Of a DNA stretch of 64,000 nt, positions 13,360 to 25,038 are shown one piece after another; position 1 is the stretch's first letter, and each line of letters opens with the position of its first letter. Under the pieces are notes generated by a model, which saw nothing but the letters and a program-made list of their open reading frames with translations, searched no databases and was not told the DNA's origin. The position numbers and the translations under genes are program-made. The stretch covers positions 124,001-188,000 of the forward strand of contig QPMI01000615.1 of NCBI GenBank assembly GCA_004431415.1, given 5' to 3'. Origin of the DNA: Cyanophora paradoxa CCMP329. Its lineage: Eukaryota > Plantae > Glaucophyta.

Positions 13360-15690
13360 TTAGAGCTGCTCGTCGCTTGGCAGGGCGAGGGCCTCGTCGT
13401 CGCTCGACGGGCGCTGGCCGGGCGCCGGGCCGCCCGACGCGGCCGGCGCAAGCGGGAGGAGCGGCGGGCCCCAGATGTTGTCCTGCCGGGACGGCGAGGA
13501 GGCGCCCGAAGACGCGGCCGGCGCAAGGCCGAAGAGGGGCGGGCTGAAGGCCGGGCCCCAAATCCCCGACGAGATCGGGCTACGCATCGGCGCCTGCTGT
13601 CGCGCGCGGGCGATCAGCGGCAGGAAAAGAAATGGAAAGACACGGGCGAGGCGCGCTCACCTGCTGGTTAGCGGCAGCGGTGTTCGCAGCGGCGACGGCG
13701 GCGGCGGCGGCGGCGATGGCGGCGGCGGACGGGGAGGGGGCGACGGGGCCGGGCGGGGGCTTCTGGCGCTGCTGAGGGATCCAGACGGGGGAGGAGGCGG
13801 CCATGCCGGCGAGCGAGGGCGAGGGCGGGGCGGTGCCGCTCGAGGCGCTGCCGGACTTGGGCGAGTTGGAGGGCTCCGTCGAGGCCGGGCCCGGCTGCAC
13901 GACCTCGTCGCCGCTGCCGGCCGAGTAGAACGCAGAGAAGTCCGCGACGTTGAGATCCAGCTTGGAGAGGGCGCCGGCCAGGAGGGCCGCCGCGCCGCCG
14001 CCTTCCGCCGACGCCGGCGCCGAGCGCGAGAGCATGTTCGCCGAGGCGCCCTCCGCGTTGCGCTGGGAGACGGCCGAGGCGAGGGCCGAGAGGGTCGCCG
14101 GGCTGGCGCCAGGGCCGGCCGCGCCGCTGCGGAAGTTGGCCGAGGCGGGGAACTGCGGTCCAGCCGACCAGGTGAATGGCGCCAGGTGCTCATAGCCGTT
14201 CTGCTCGTTCTCCGGGCGAAGGGCCGTGCCGACCGGACTGAGCGGCACCTTCATCGAGTTGCCGAGGCCGCCGAAATCCGCATTGCCGTGCATACCGAAC
14301 TGTCCGCCGTACGCTGCGGCGGCCGCCGCAGCAGCCGCGGCCGCGACCGCGTTGCTGTTCGCGTTGCCGCCGGCGGCGGAGAGAGCGGCGAACTGCTCCG
14401 CAATAGCCGCAGCGTTGTTCCAGGCGGCGGCCTTCTGAGCAGCCGCGGCGGCAGCAGCCGCAGCCGCCGCGGCGGCAGCTGCGGCAGGAGATGCCTGGCC
14501 GAGGGAATCCATCGAGTCCATCTTGGGGCCCAGGGCAGCCTCCAGCCACGCGCTCATGGGGATGTTCCCGTTCGGGTCCTCACTGACGGCGCGAAGGAGC
14601 CGCCGGGCCGCGGGGTCCGCAAACATGTCGGCGTGCTGGCCGAGCGTGAACTGCTGGCCCCAAGAGCCCGCCGAGCCGCCAACGGCCGCAGCCGCGGCGG
14701 CCGCGGCGGCAGCTGCCGCCGCTGCTTGAGAACGCTGAAGAAAGCGGGGAGGAATGACACGGGCCGCCGAAATCGCATTGGCCGATCCGGTCTTTCCGCT
14801 CATGGCCTGCTGGCGCGCACGGGCGGCGAGCATGGCGGCCTTCTCCTGTTGGCGAATCTCACGGGGCTGCGTAGAAAAACCGTAAGTGGTAGGTAGAGAC
14901 AAGTGGGCGATAAGGGCATCAGACCAGTTGGTACTGGATCTGGAGGCGGCTGTGGCCGAAGGGGGCACCCTGCAGACTCTCCAGCGCTCGTTGGGCATCC
15001 GACGCCCGGTAGAAGTTGACAAATGCGCATTCCGCGTGCCGAAGGACCCGGACGCTCTCAACGGCGCCGTACTGGGAAAAGAGGGCCTTCAGCTCGTTCT
15101 CGTCCGCCTGTAACGCGCGGAGTCAGGCACTGTTGACGCAAGAAGTGCTTCTACGACAACGCACATCGGGATCCATGTTTCCCAGCCACAGGGAGGACGT
15201 GGGCTGCCAAAAATGGGTTAGATGCGAAAAGATCCCGCGGATGCAGTTTCGGGTTTACCGTATCGCTGCCTCCCATCTGGGAGATGAACGAGGGGCACGA
15301 TCAGAGATCGGAGCGGTTGGACCAGAAGTGACGGGTCAGAGGTAAGTACCTTGTTAGGTACAATCCGCTGTTGAGGGGCGGCACGGGAGGGGACTGGCCT
15401 TGCTGCAGCTGCTGCAGCCCTGGCTGATTCTAGAACAGCCTGCCTCTTAAGCTCGGCCCGAAACGCGTCCTGCAGTGTGTTTGACAGCAGGTCGCCATTT
15501 CGCTGCAAGTACGGGTCTGCGCCCTGCGCGAACCAGATAAGCAACGGTAACAACCATAGAATGTAACGAGAGAGCGATGCGAGCTGGCTGTCCGGTGCCG
15601 GTCCGTGCGAAAAGGCAGGCGCGTGCATACCATCAACGCGGCGAGGTGATTCTGCGAATCCAGCCCCAGGAAGCTCATTTGGTCCGCCAT
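13360..15690 (-). CDS. RRM-domain protein with Ala-rich low-complexity C-terminus (copy 1, intact)
   Basis: Spliced RRM: PTSSLWLGNMDPD|ADENELKALFSQYGAVESVRVLRHAECAFVNFYRASDAQRALESLQGAPFGHSRLQIQY; includes an 18-nt micro-exon (MGGSDT). Confidence 0.75.
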
Positions 15691-15887
15691 CCCGCACACT
15701 CCGCCCCTCTCGCGCTACTGGAAGGGCAGAGGTGCTGACTGATTTGCAGGAGCAGTGATTCGCAGGGCCACGTAGAGGGTACCCCCCAGGCCTTAAGTAC
15801 TAAGTTGTTTGCGGTGATGCACGACAACCTTTCCGCAGCAGCGTGAGACGACGTACGCGACAAGCTTCCGTGCGAGAGAAGACCGCG

Positions 15888-17055
15888 ATGAGCACGCGCG
15901 GTCTCCTCTCGAATTTGCCGCCGAATATCACCGTCAAAGATGTGTGCGACCTCTGCAAGCACGCGGCGAACGCCAAGGACGTGGTCGTAACTGCGCACGA
16001 TGTGCGCACCATCGTACGCGGCGTCGACAGCGCTAGCGCGCTCATCGAGGTGCACCCGGCACGCTTCCGAGCGCGCTCCAGCAAGAACCGAACGCGCTCC
16101 AGCTGCGGACGCGCGAGGAGATCGACGCGCTGCGCAAAGCGCTTCACGGTTCCGAGGTGCGCTTCGCACCCCGAAACCAGCCAGACGTGCTGATGCTGCC
16201 TAGACCCTGGGCCGGACCTTGGAGTTCAGGCCGCATGTGGCCTCTGCGACCATCTGGGTGGGAGACGTGCGCCATCATTCTGTATGCATGTATATATGCA
16301 CCAGCAGTCGTTAGAACAGAGTCCACGTAGGTCCCGTCGGGCGTCTCATCTGCAGTGCTCCGAGATGCTTTCGAGCAGCTGGGCGAGGTGGAGGATGCTC
16401 AAGTCGTGACTGACCCTATAACACTCAAGAGCAAGGAATATGGTTTTGTGAAATACAAGTCCGCTCAGGTTGCCCTGAAGGTGCGGCCTTGAAGATCCAC
16501 CTGTCACCATTGGAGCAACTCCCTCGCTATGTTCTAATCTGCATGTGCTCGAAGGTCAAGCAAGCGTGTCAGGAAAATCTGTTTGTTCTGTCAGGTACAA
16601 GTTGTCTCTGTCCGTGATCTTTGGGTCTGACCAAGGCTTCCTTCCATCCAGGTGCCCCTCAACCGGTGTCCGTCGATTTGGCACGTGAGGATTCTGACAA
16701 CCTGGATTCTCGAGGAGCAACACTAGATGGTCTGAAGCAGTATCTTTTGCTATATCTCGTCTGAATCTTTGGTGCAGACCCCTACACCGTGCCACCCCAT
16801 TTTGCTGCGACCAACTCTCTGGAGTTTGAATTTGCTCTAGAATGGAGGAGAATGCTGCTTCGGCATCGAGCAGAACGCAGGTTGCTTCGGGAGCAGCAAC
16901 AGGCAGAACAGAGGTGCACCACGCCTGCGACTCGAAGAGGCATTGCTCTGAGATACGTGTACAGCGAGCTTCTCCAGAAGCAACGAGGGATTGCCGAAGA
17001 AGAGAAGAGAAAGTGGCGAGATCTAGAGAACATTCTAGAAAAACGTCCCAGATAG
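15888..17055 (+). CDS. Two-RRM RNA-binding protein with C-terminal coiled coil (copy 1)
   Basis: LLSNLPPNITVKDVCDL...ALIE|LRTREEIDALRKALHGSE|TLGRTLEF; TIWVGD...VLRDAFEQLGEVEDAQVVTDPITLKSKEYGFVKYKSAQVAL (RNP1). Confidence 0.7.
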
Positions 17056-17084
17056 TGGCTTTCAAATTAAATTACACTGCGCGT

Positions 17085-17746
17085 TCATTTTATCGGATCC
17101 TCCTTCATAACTCTGCTCGCCAAAAGGTATGAGATGCAACCCCAAGGCACCAAAGTGATGCTGCCTGCTGGAGCAGCTGGTCCTGATAGAAGCCAGCTGT
17201 ATGGCGCGAGCATGGACGCTGGTATGCTCGCGATGGGCTGCGTAAGGCCATCAAAGGCCTGACAAGATATCGCGAAGATCGCGGCCTGCGCACCCCTCGT
17301 TTCAGCGCAGGCCAAACCGACGAGAGCATTAGAAGGTGTCACCTTGCAGAACGCTGGGATGCGTTTCGCAAAACTTGACTGCGCCTCCTTCTCCCGCTGT
17401 GAATGGAGAGCTCCTGACGGGTGCGTGTGAGGCGCGAGCCTGACGAGGCGCCGGGGATGCGTACGCAAGACCTCCAGTTCCTTCTCCTTCTTTGCGAGCT
17501 GGCGCTGCGCCTTCGAGAAGGCGACGAATCCATCTATTGTGTTGTTCTCCCGCATGGTTCGCTTGAGCGCGCTGATCTCGCTTTGAACGTCGCCGAGTTC
17601 TGCCGGAACCGCCTGCGTCGCGCTCAGGCCGCTGCGCGTGCGGCGCGGAAGACTGTGCGCACCCGTCGCATGACGTGCCGGCACCATCGCACCTCCGCGA
17701 AGCGGAAGGCGAGTGCGAGCAGCAGCACCATCCAAACGAGAGGCAT
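17085..17746 (-). CDS. GET1: GET1/WRB-family tail-anchored protein insertase (copy 1)
   Basis: N-terminal TM segment MPLVWMVLLLALAF, coiled coil EISALKRTMRENNTIDGFVAFSKAQRQLAKKEKEL, C-terminal PYSWLLSGPAAPAGSITLVPWGCIS; this matches WRB/Get1 architecture. Confidence 0.7.
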
Positions 17747-18744
17747 TGCACCTCCGCAAAACAGAAGGCAAAGGCGACGCCTGCCCCGTGGCGAACTGAA
17801 AGTCTCCGTATACGTATATCGCCTGCAGCTGCGTATCGGTACCGGTACCCCCTTTGCGCGCGTGCGGCGTGCCCTTTTATATGTGCGCGTCCATCATGCA
17901 TATGATTATCGCGGCATGCAAATTGACATATCGATATCGGTCATGAATTTTGAAAATGATATGTATATCTCGATGTCATGAATGAAGCAGAATTCTCGAA
18001 TTGGATTCGGATCCGGATTGGAGGGCCGGCCGGGTGCCCGGCGGCCGGGCAAGAACTTCGGAACTTCGGGAAAGGCATGCACATGCGTATGTACAGGCGT
18101 TCATGAGCGCTCAAAGAACGAAGGCGAGTGTTTAAAATGCATATGATCAGCTGCAGACACATTTTTTCATGATCAGAAAGCCCATATCAAGGGCGCCTGT
18201 TATATATATTAGTTCAGTGACTTCATCGATCGTAGCTATATATATATAGGCACTACCGGTTCGCGTTAATTCGAACTCTGGGTCAGCTCGTAACCAGCTT
18301 TTCTCTCTCCTTTCGGCCCACGGGGCTCACTTTTTTTTACTAACCTTTCCTACTCTGTAGCCACTGGGCCAGGCAGCTCAGTGAAGCAATGCCACGCGCG
18401 CGTGCATGCTACAAACCACCTTTACGCGGGTCCGGATAGACCAGAAAGTATCCGTAGTAACAGAGTTGGCACCCAGCTAGCCCCAAGCCCCACCCCTCCT
18501 GCCACGCCCTGTCACAGTGTCCTCTGACGTTCTCACAGGGCGGCCGCCCCGCCCATGCCTGCCCCCCTCCCTGGAGCCCCCGTAGACCCCCTCTAATAGG
18601 ATAAAACACCAGGCGCCCCAGACGCAATAATTATAAGATCTAGACCCGGGGGCGCGCCCGTGCGCTTAGCTCGCGCCCCCCCCCCCCCCCCCCCCCCCCC
18701 CCCCCACCCCTCCCCCTTATCAGCTGCAGTCATATTTCTATCGC

Positions 18745-19078
18745 AAGTTGGACGAGTTGGACGAAAGTTGGACGAAAGTTGGACGAAAGTTGAACGAAAG
18801 TTGGACGAAAGTTGGACGAAAGTTGGACGAAAGTTGGACGAAAGTTGGACGTCGTAATCGCAACGTTGACTTAGTAACTCTAATTCCGATCGTAATCGCA
18901 ACTCTGATTCCGATCGTAATCGCAACTCTAATTCCGATCGTAATCGCAACTCTGATTCCGATCGTAATCGCAACTCTGATTCCGATCGTATTCGCAACTC
19001 TAATTCCGATCGTAATCGCAACCCTAATTCCGATCGTAATCGCAACTCTATTTCCGATCGTAATCGCAACTCTAATTC
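18745..19078. repeat. Compound minisatellite: ~9x 11-mer (AAGTTGGACGA) then ~8.5x 24-mer (AACTCTRATTCCGATCGTAATCGC), preceded by a long poly-C run
   Basis: Directly visible tandem units with no spacers. Confidence 0.95.
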
Positions 19079-19495
19079 TGCTTTTTCTCCAAGTCTCTTC
19101 AAAATAGAATTTGCGATCGCATTACTCCCGGCAAGTTGAGCCCGAGGCAAGGGCGGTGCACTTGCAATGTCGTGAGGTGCCACAGTGTGATTTAAACCCG
19201 AACGGTGCGCACTGGGCGGCGCGATCTGAAGGAAGAAGAAGGAAGAAGAATGACGGTGACATCACGTTTGGCTTGGAGCTGATCGTAATCGTAATTCTAA
19301 ATCTGTGCTGGAACGTGCTGGAACCCGGCCACACCTGGCCTGGACCCTCAGGGGGTCGGCGCAAGCCTGCAACAGGTGCAAACGTGACCGCCTCGTTCTC
19401 ATTGATGCGATGTAGTACCTTGACCGTAAATGGAGGAGCACCCAGAGCTCAAAAAAGCGGCGCCATCGAGGTCCTTCCTCGATTCCTGATCACGA

Positions 19496-20322
19496 TCACG
19501 GTGGCAACTTGAACTCTTCCAAGTAGTCTTGCAAGATCTTCCCATGGTCGAAAGACATTCGATCCCTGCAGACACGTTTATGTTGAGCTTCGAGAATGGA
19601 CCAATTGCAAAGAGGTTGCAAATCTTGCATTCTGGAGTCAGGGCCAGTTGCTCACCAAGGGATAGAGTCCACTGGGATCGCATGTACTTCCCGTGCGTCA
19701 TCCTTGGCTTTCATCGTCCCTCTCGCCTTTCCAACGAACACCAAGGAAACTGTGTGGCGCCTCGGATCCCGCTTTGGATCACTATAAGTCCTCCACTGTC
19801 TGAAATCGTACAGATGCAGATTTGTTTCTTCGTGGGTCTCTCGTTGTGCTGCGTCCTCCATCGACTCGCCGTAATCCTGAAGAATTCAGAGAGAAGTGCG
19901 GTAGTTGGTGGCGCGTGCCCACCACGAAGCCACCCGGCAGCGCCAGGCCGAACGGAGGGTTCAGGCGCTCTCCCAGAACGATCGCGCGCTTGCCGTCCAC
20001 GGTCATCTCGATGATGGCATCGACAGCGAGGAAGGGACCTGGGGACGCGGGAGAGCGCTTCAGTGGCTCGGAGTGGCTCTGAGCATGTTCATCGGACCGG
20101 TGTTCACGGCGAGCATGCCCGACGGGATCGCCTGCACATGCGCTCATCAGAGATGCATGCGCTCGATACACATGCGCGCCGGCGCCGGTGCGTGCGCACC
20201 CTGCAAAAGCTGAGGGCCAGCCGCGGCGCATACAGGTATCCGACAATCGCGAGTGCCAGTGCCGGCGCCGCGATGAGCCAGGCGCTGCGCGAGGTGCCCG
20301 CCGGCCGCGCCTTTCCCGCCAT
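19496..20322 (-). CDS. Nudix hydrolase (ADP-ribose pyrophosphatase-like) with N-terminal membrane anchor (copy 1)
   Basis: Nudix box ALPGGFV|DYGESMEDAAQRETHEETNL, then YSDPKRDPRRHTVS, KAKDDA and MSFDHGKILQDY. Confidence 0.85.
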
Positions 20323-20572
20323 GCGCGTGTTAAGCGCTCCAGACCCGATATAAGCTTAGCTGGGTTCTAGCTGGCAACGCTGGCTAACTTAGCCTAACTC
20401 AGGCTAACAGCCGCTAACTGGCTAAAGCGGGTACACGAATCAAAATTCAAATTCTAGCGATACCGATCTACCCAGGTCTCTCACCACACTGTGACCACAG
20501 TGTGTGACCACACACAAACACGTCGGTACCGCCGGGACGAGTCCGTGCTGCGTGGCGATTCAAATTCTGGCG

Positions 20573-21084
20573 ATGCCGTCGGAGGGGCAGACCGACGCGC
20601 AGATCGCTGCCTGGTGGGAGGTGCGATCTGTTCGATTCGGACAGCCCACCGGCGCTCCTAACCGGCGACCAGCGGAAGTACGAGGAGGCCGTAGAGTTGT
20701 GGGGCGAATGCGAGCGGAGAGCGACAGCGCTGCACGAGGAGAACAAGCGGTTGCAGGAGGCGGTCGAGAAGCTACAGGGAGACGAGCGCGCCTCGAATCG
20801 AGCTCTAAAGAAGAAGCTGGATGCTAGCGAGGTGCTGTTCCAGCGCCTGCTGGAGAACGTGGAAGACGAGCGTCGCCAGAACCAGGAGCTGAGGGAGTGC
20901 GGTGCGGCGAACCGAGCCTCCGGCCGGTCGCCCCTTGCTCACGGTCGCCCGCAGCCAAGGCTTCAGAGCGGCGCAAGCGGGAGGTGGAGGGAGCGTTCCA
21001 GCAGATCCTCGAGGAGGCGGAGGCGCTGCGGCACTCCAACAACGAGCTTGCAATGTCGTCAGCCGAGGTCCTGAAGGTCCAGAC
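20573..21084 (+). pseudogene. 5' fragment of the coiled-coil gene, truncated by the duplication junction
   Basis: Identical to the start of the gene at 27857-30054; it breaks inside an intron just after AAG|GTCCAGACG. Confidence 0.75.
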
Positions 21085-22985
21085 GCGGCCATGCCGGCGA
21101 GCGAGGGCGAGGGCGGGGCGGTGCCGCTCGAGGCGCTGCCGGACTTGGGCGAGTTGGAGGGCTCCGTCGAGGCCGGGCCCGGCTGCACGACCTCGTCGCC
21201 GCTGCCGGCCGAGTAGAACGCAGAGAAGTCCGCGACGTTGAGATCCAGCTTGGAGAGGGCGCCGGCCAGGAGGGCCGCCGCGCCGCCGCCTTCCGCCGAC
21301 GCCGGCGCCGAGCGCGAGAGCATGTTCGCCGAGGCGCCCTCCGCGTTGCGCTGGGAGACGGCCGAGGCGAGGGCCGAGAGGGTCGCCGGGCTGGCGCCAG
21401 GGCCGGCCGCGCCGCTGCGGAAGTTGGCCGAGGCGGGGAACTGCGGTCCAGCCGACCAGGTGAATGGCGCCAGGTGCTCATAGCCGTTCTGCTCGTTCTC
21501 CGGGCGAAGGGCCGTGCCGACCGGACTGAGCGGCACCTTCATCGAGTTGCCGAGGCCGCCGAAATCCGCATTGCCGTGCATACCGAACTGTCCGCCGTAC
21601 GCTGCGGCGGCCGCCGCAGCAGCCGCGGCCGCGACCGCGTTGCTGTTCGCGTTGCCGCCGGCGGCGGAGAGAGCGGCGAACTGCTCCGCAATAGCCGCAG
21701 CGTTGTTCCAGGCGGCGGCCTTCTGAGCAGCCGCGGCGGCAGCAGCCGCAGCCGCCGCGGCGGCAGCTGCGGCAGGAGATGCCTGGCCGAGGGAATCCAT
21801 CGAGTCCATCTTGGGGCCCAGGGCAGCCTCCAGCCACGCGCTCATGGGGATGTTCCCGTTCGGGTCCTCACTGACGGCGCGAAGGAGCCGCCGGGCCGCG
21901 GGGTCCGCAAACATGTCGGCGTGCTGGCCGAGCGTGAACTGCTGGCCCCAAGAGCCCGCCGAGCCGCCAACGGCCGCAGCCGCGGCGGCCGCGGCGGCAG
22001 CTGCCGCCGCTGCTTGAGAACGCTGAAGAAAGCGGGGAGGAATGACACGGGCCGCCGAAATCGCATTGGCCGATCCGGTCTTTCCGCTCATGGCCTGCTG
22101 GCGCGCACGGGCGGCGAGCATGGCGGCCTTCTCCTGTTGGCGAATCTCACGGGGCTGCGTAGAAAAACCGTAAGTGGTAGGTAGAGACAAGTGGGCGATA
22201 AGGGCATCAGACCAGTTGGTACTGGATCTGGAGGCGGCTGTGGCCGAAGGGGGCACCCTGCAGACTCTCCAGCGCTCGTTGGGCATCCGACGCCCGGTAG
22301 AAGTTGACAAATGCGCATTCCGCGTGCCGAAGGACCCGGACGCTCTCAACGGCGCCGTACTGGGAAAAGAGGGCCTTCCGAGTTCAGCTCGTTCTCGTCC
22401 GCCTGTAACGCGCGGAGTCAGGCACTGTTGACGCAAGAAGTGCTTCTACGACAACGCACATCGGGATCCATGTTTCCCAGCCACAGGGAGGACGTGGGCT
22501 GCCAAAAATGGGTTAGATGCGAAAAGATCCCGCGGATGCAGTTTCGGGTTTACCGTATCGCTGCCTCCCATCTGGGAGATGAACGAGGGGCACGATCAGA
22601 GATCGGAGCGGTTGGACCAGAAGTGACGGGTCAGAGGTAAGTACCTTGTTAGGTACAATCCGCTGTTGAGGGGCGGCACGGGAGGGGACTGGCCTTGCTG
22701 CAGCTGCTGCAGCCCTGGCTGATTCTAGAACAGCCTGCCTCTTAAGCTCGGCCCGAAACGCGTCCTGCAGTGTGTTTGACAGCAGGTCGCCATTTCGCTG
22801 CAAGTACGGGTCTGCGCCCTGCGCGAACCAGATAAGCAACGGTAACAACCATAGAATGTAACGAGAGAGCGATGCGAGCTGGCTGTCCGGTGCCGGTCCG
22901 TGCGAAAAGGCAGGCGCGTGCATACCATCAACGCGGCGAGGTGATTCTGCGAATCCAGCCCCAGGAAGCTCATTTGGTCCGCCAT
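21085..22985 (-). pseudogene. RRM/Ala-rich gene copy 2, 3'-truncated and frameshifted
   Basis: Lacks the last exon because of the junction, and carries a 7-bp insertion at ~22379-22385 inside the RRM exon. Confidence 0.75.
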
Positions 22986-23181
22986 CCCGCACACTCCGCC
23001 CCTCTCGCGCTACTGGAAGGGCAGAGGTGCTGACTGATTTGCAGGAGCAGTGATTCGCAGGGCCACGTAGAGGGTACCCCCAGGCCTTAAGTACTAAGTT
23101 GTTTGCGGTGATGCACGACAACCTTTCCGCAGCAGCGTGAGACGACGTACGCGACAAGCTTCCGTGCGAGAGAAGACCGCG

Positions 23182-24348
23182 ATGAGCACGCGCGGTCTCC
23201 TCTCGAATTTGCCGCCGAATATCACCGTCAAAGATGTGTGCGACCTCTGCAAGCACGCGGCGAACGCCAAGGACGTGGTCGTAACTGCGCACGATGTGCG
23301 CACCATCGTACGCGGCGTCGACAGCGCTAGCGCGCTCATCGAGGTGCACCCGGCACGCTTCCGAGCGCGCTCCAGCAAGAACCGAACGCGCTCCAGCTGC
23401 GGACGCGCGAGGAGATCGACGCGCTGCGCAAAGCGCTTCACGGTTCCGAGGTGCGCTTCGCACCCCGAAACCAGCCAGACGTGCTGATGCTGCCTAGACC
23501 CTGGCCGGACCTTGGAGTTCAGGCCGCATGTGGCCTCTGCGACCATCTGGGTGGGAGACGTGCGCCATCATTCTGTATGCATGTATATATGCACCAGCAG
23601 TCGTTAGAACAGAGTCCACGTAGGTCCCGTCGGGCGTCTCATCTGCAGTGCTCCGAGATGCTTTCGAGCAGCTGGGCGAGGTGGAGGATGCTCAAGTCGT
23701 GACTGACCCTATAACACTCAAGAGCAAGGAATATGGTTTTGTGAAATACAAGTCCGCTCAGGTTGCCCTGAAGGTGCGGCCTTGAAGATCCACCTGTCAC
23801 CATTGGAGCAACTCCCTCGCTATGTTCTAATCTGCATGTGCTCGAAGGTCAAGCAAGCGTGTCAGGAAAATCTGTTTGTTCTGTCAGGTACAAGTTGTCT
23901 CTGTCCGTGATCTTTGGGTCTGACCAAGGCTTCCTTCCATCCAGGTGCCCCTCAACCGGTGTCCGTCGATTTGGCACGTGAGGATTCTGACAACCTGGAT
24001 TCTCGAGGAGCAACACTAGATGGTCTGAAGCAGTATCTTTTGCTATATCTCGTCTGAATCTTTGGTGCAGACCCCTACACCGTGCCACCCCATTTTGCTG
24101 CGACCAACTCTCTGGAGTTTGAATTTGCTCTAGAATGGAGGAGAATGCTGCTTCGGCATCGAGCAGAACGCAGGTTGCTTCGGGAGCAGCAACAGGCAGA
24201 ACAGAGGTGCACCACGCCTGCGACTCGAAGAGGCATTGCTCTGAGATACGTGTACAGCGAGCTTCTCCAGAAGCAACGAGGGATTGCCGAAGAAGAGAAG
24301 AGAAAGTGGCGAGATCTAGAGAACATTCTAGAAAAACGTCCCAGATAG
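23182..24348 (+). CDS. Two-RRM protein copy 2 (apparent 1-bp exonic deletion near 23503)
   Basis: Duplicate of 15888-17055. CCCTGGCCGG here versus CCCTGGGCCGG in copy 1 shifts the frame; this may be a consensus error. Confidence 0.55.
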
Positions 24349-24377
24349 TGGCTTTCAAATTAAATTACACTGCGCGT

Positions 24378-25038
24378 TCATTTTATCGGATCCTCCTTCA
24401 TAACTCTGCTCGCCAAAAGGTATGAGATGCAACCCCAAGGCACCAAAGTGATGCTGCCTGCTGGAGCAGCTGGTCCTGATAGAAGCCAGCTGTATGGCGC
24501 GAGCATGGACGCTGGTATGCTCGCGATGGGCTGCGTAAGGCCATCAAAGGCCTGACAAGATATCGCGAAGATCGCGGCCTGCGCACCCTCGTTTCAGCGC
24601 AGGCCAAACCGACGAGAGCATTAGAAGGTGTCACCTTGCAGAACGCTGGGATGCGTTTCGCAAAACTTGACTGCGCCTCCTTCTCCCGCTGTGAATGGAG
24701 AGCTCCTGACGGGTGCGTGTGAGGCGCGAGCCTGACGAGGCGCCGGGGATGCGTACGCAAGACCTCCAGTTCCTTCTCCTTCTTTGCGAGCTGGCGCTGC
24801 GCCTTCGAGAAGGCGACGAATCCATCTATTGTGTTGTTCTCCCGCATGGTTCGCTTGAGCGCGCTGATCTCGCTTTGAACGTCGCCGAGTTCTGCCGGAA
24901 CCGCCTGCGTCGCGCTCAGGCCGCTGCGCGTGCGGCGCGGAAGACTGTGCGCACCCGTCGCATGACGTGCCGGCACCATCGCACCTCCGCGAAGCGGAAG
25001 GCGAGTGCGAGCAGCAGCACCATCCAAACGAGAGGCAT
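24378..25038 (-). CDS. GET1: GET1/WRB copy 2
   Basis: Duplicate of 17085-17746; the only difference seen is an intronic 1-bp indel. Confidence 0.65.

Noticed and set aside
18305-18345. Hammerhead-like GAGCCCCGTGGGCCGAAA on the minus strand
   Set aside because: The CUGANGA core is missing (upstream is AAAAGTGA) and no stems I or III are evident.
18852-19078. 24-bp repeat array as a CRISPR, and its ORFs (ELRLRS / IPIVIATL repeats) as proteins
   Set aside because: The units abut with no unique spacers, no cas genes are present and the context is eukaryotic. The ORFs just translate the minisatellite.
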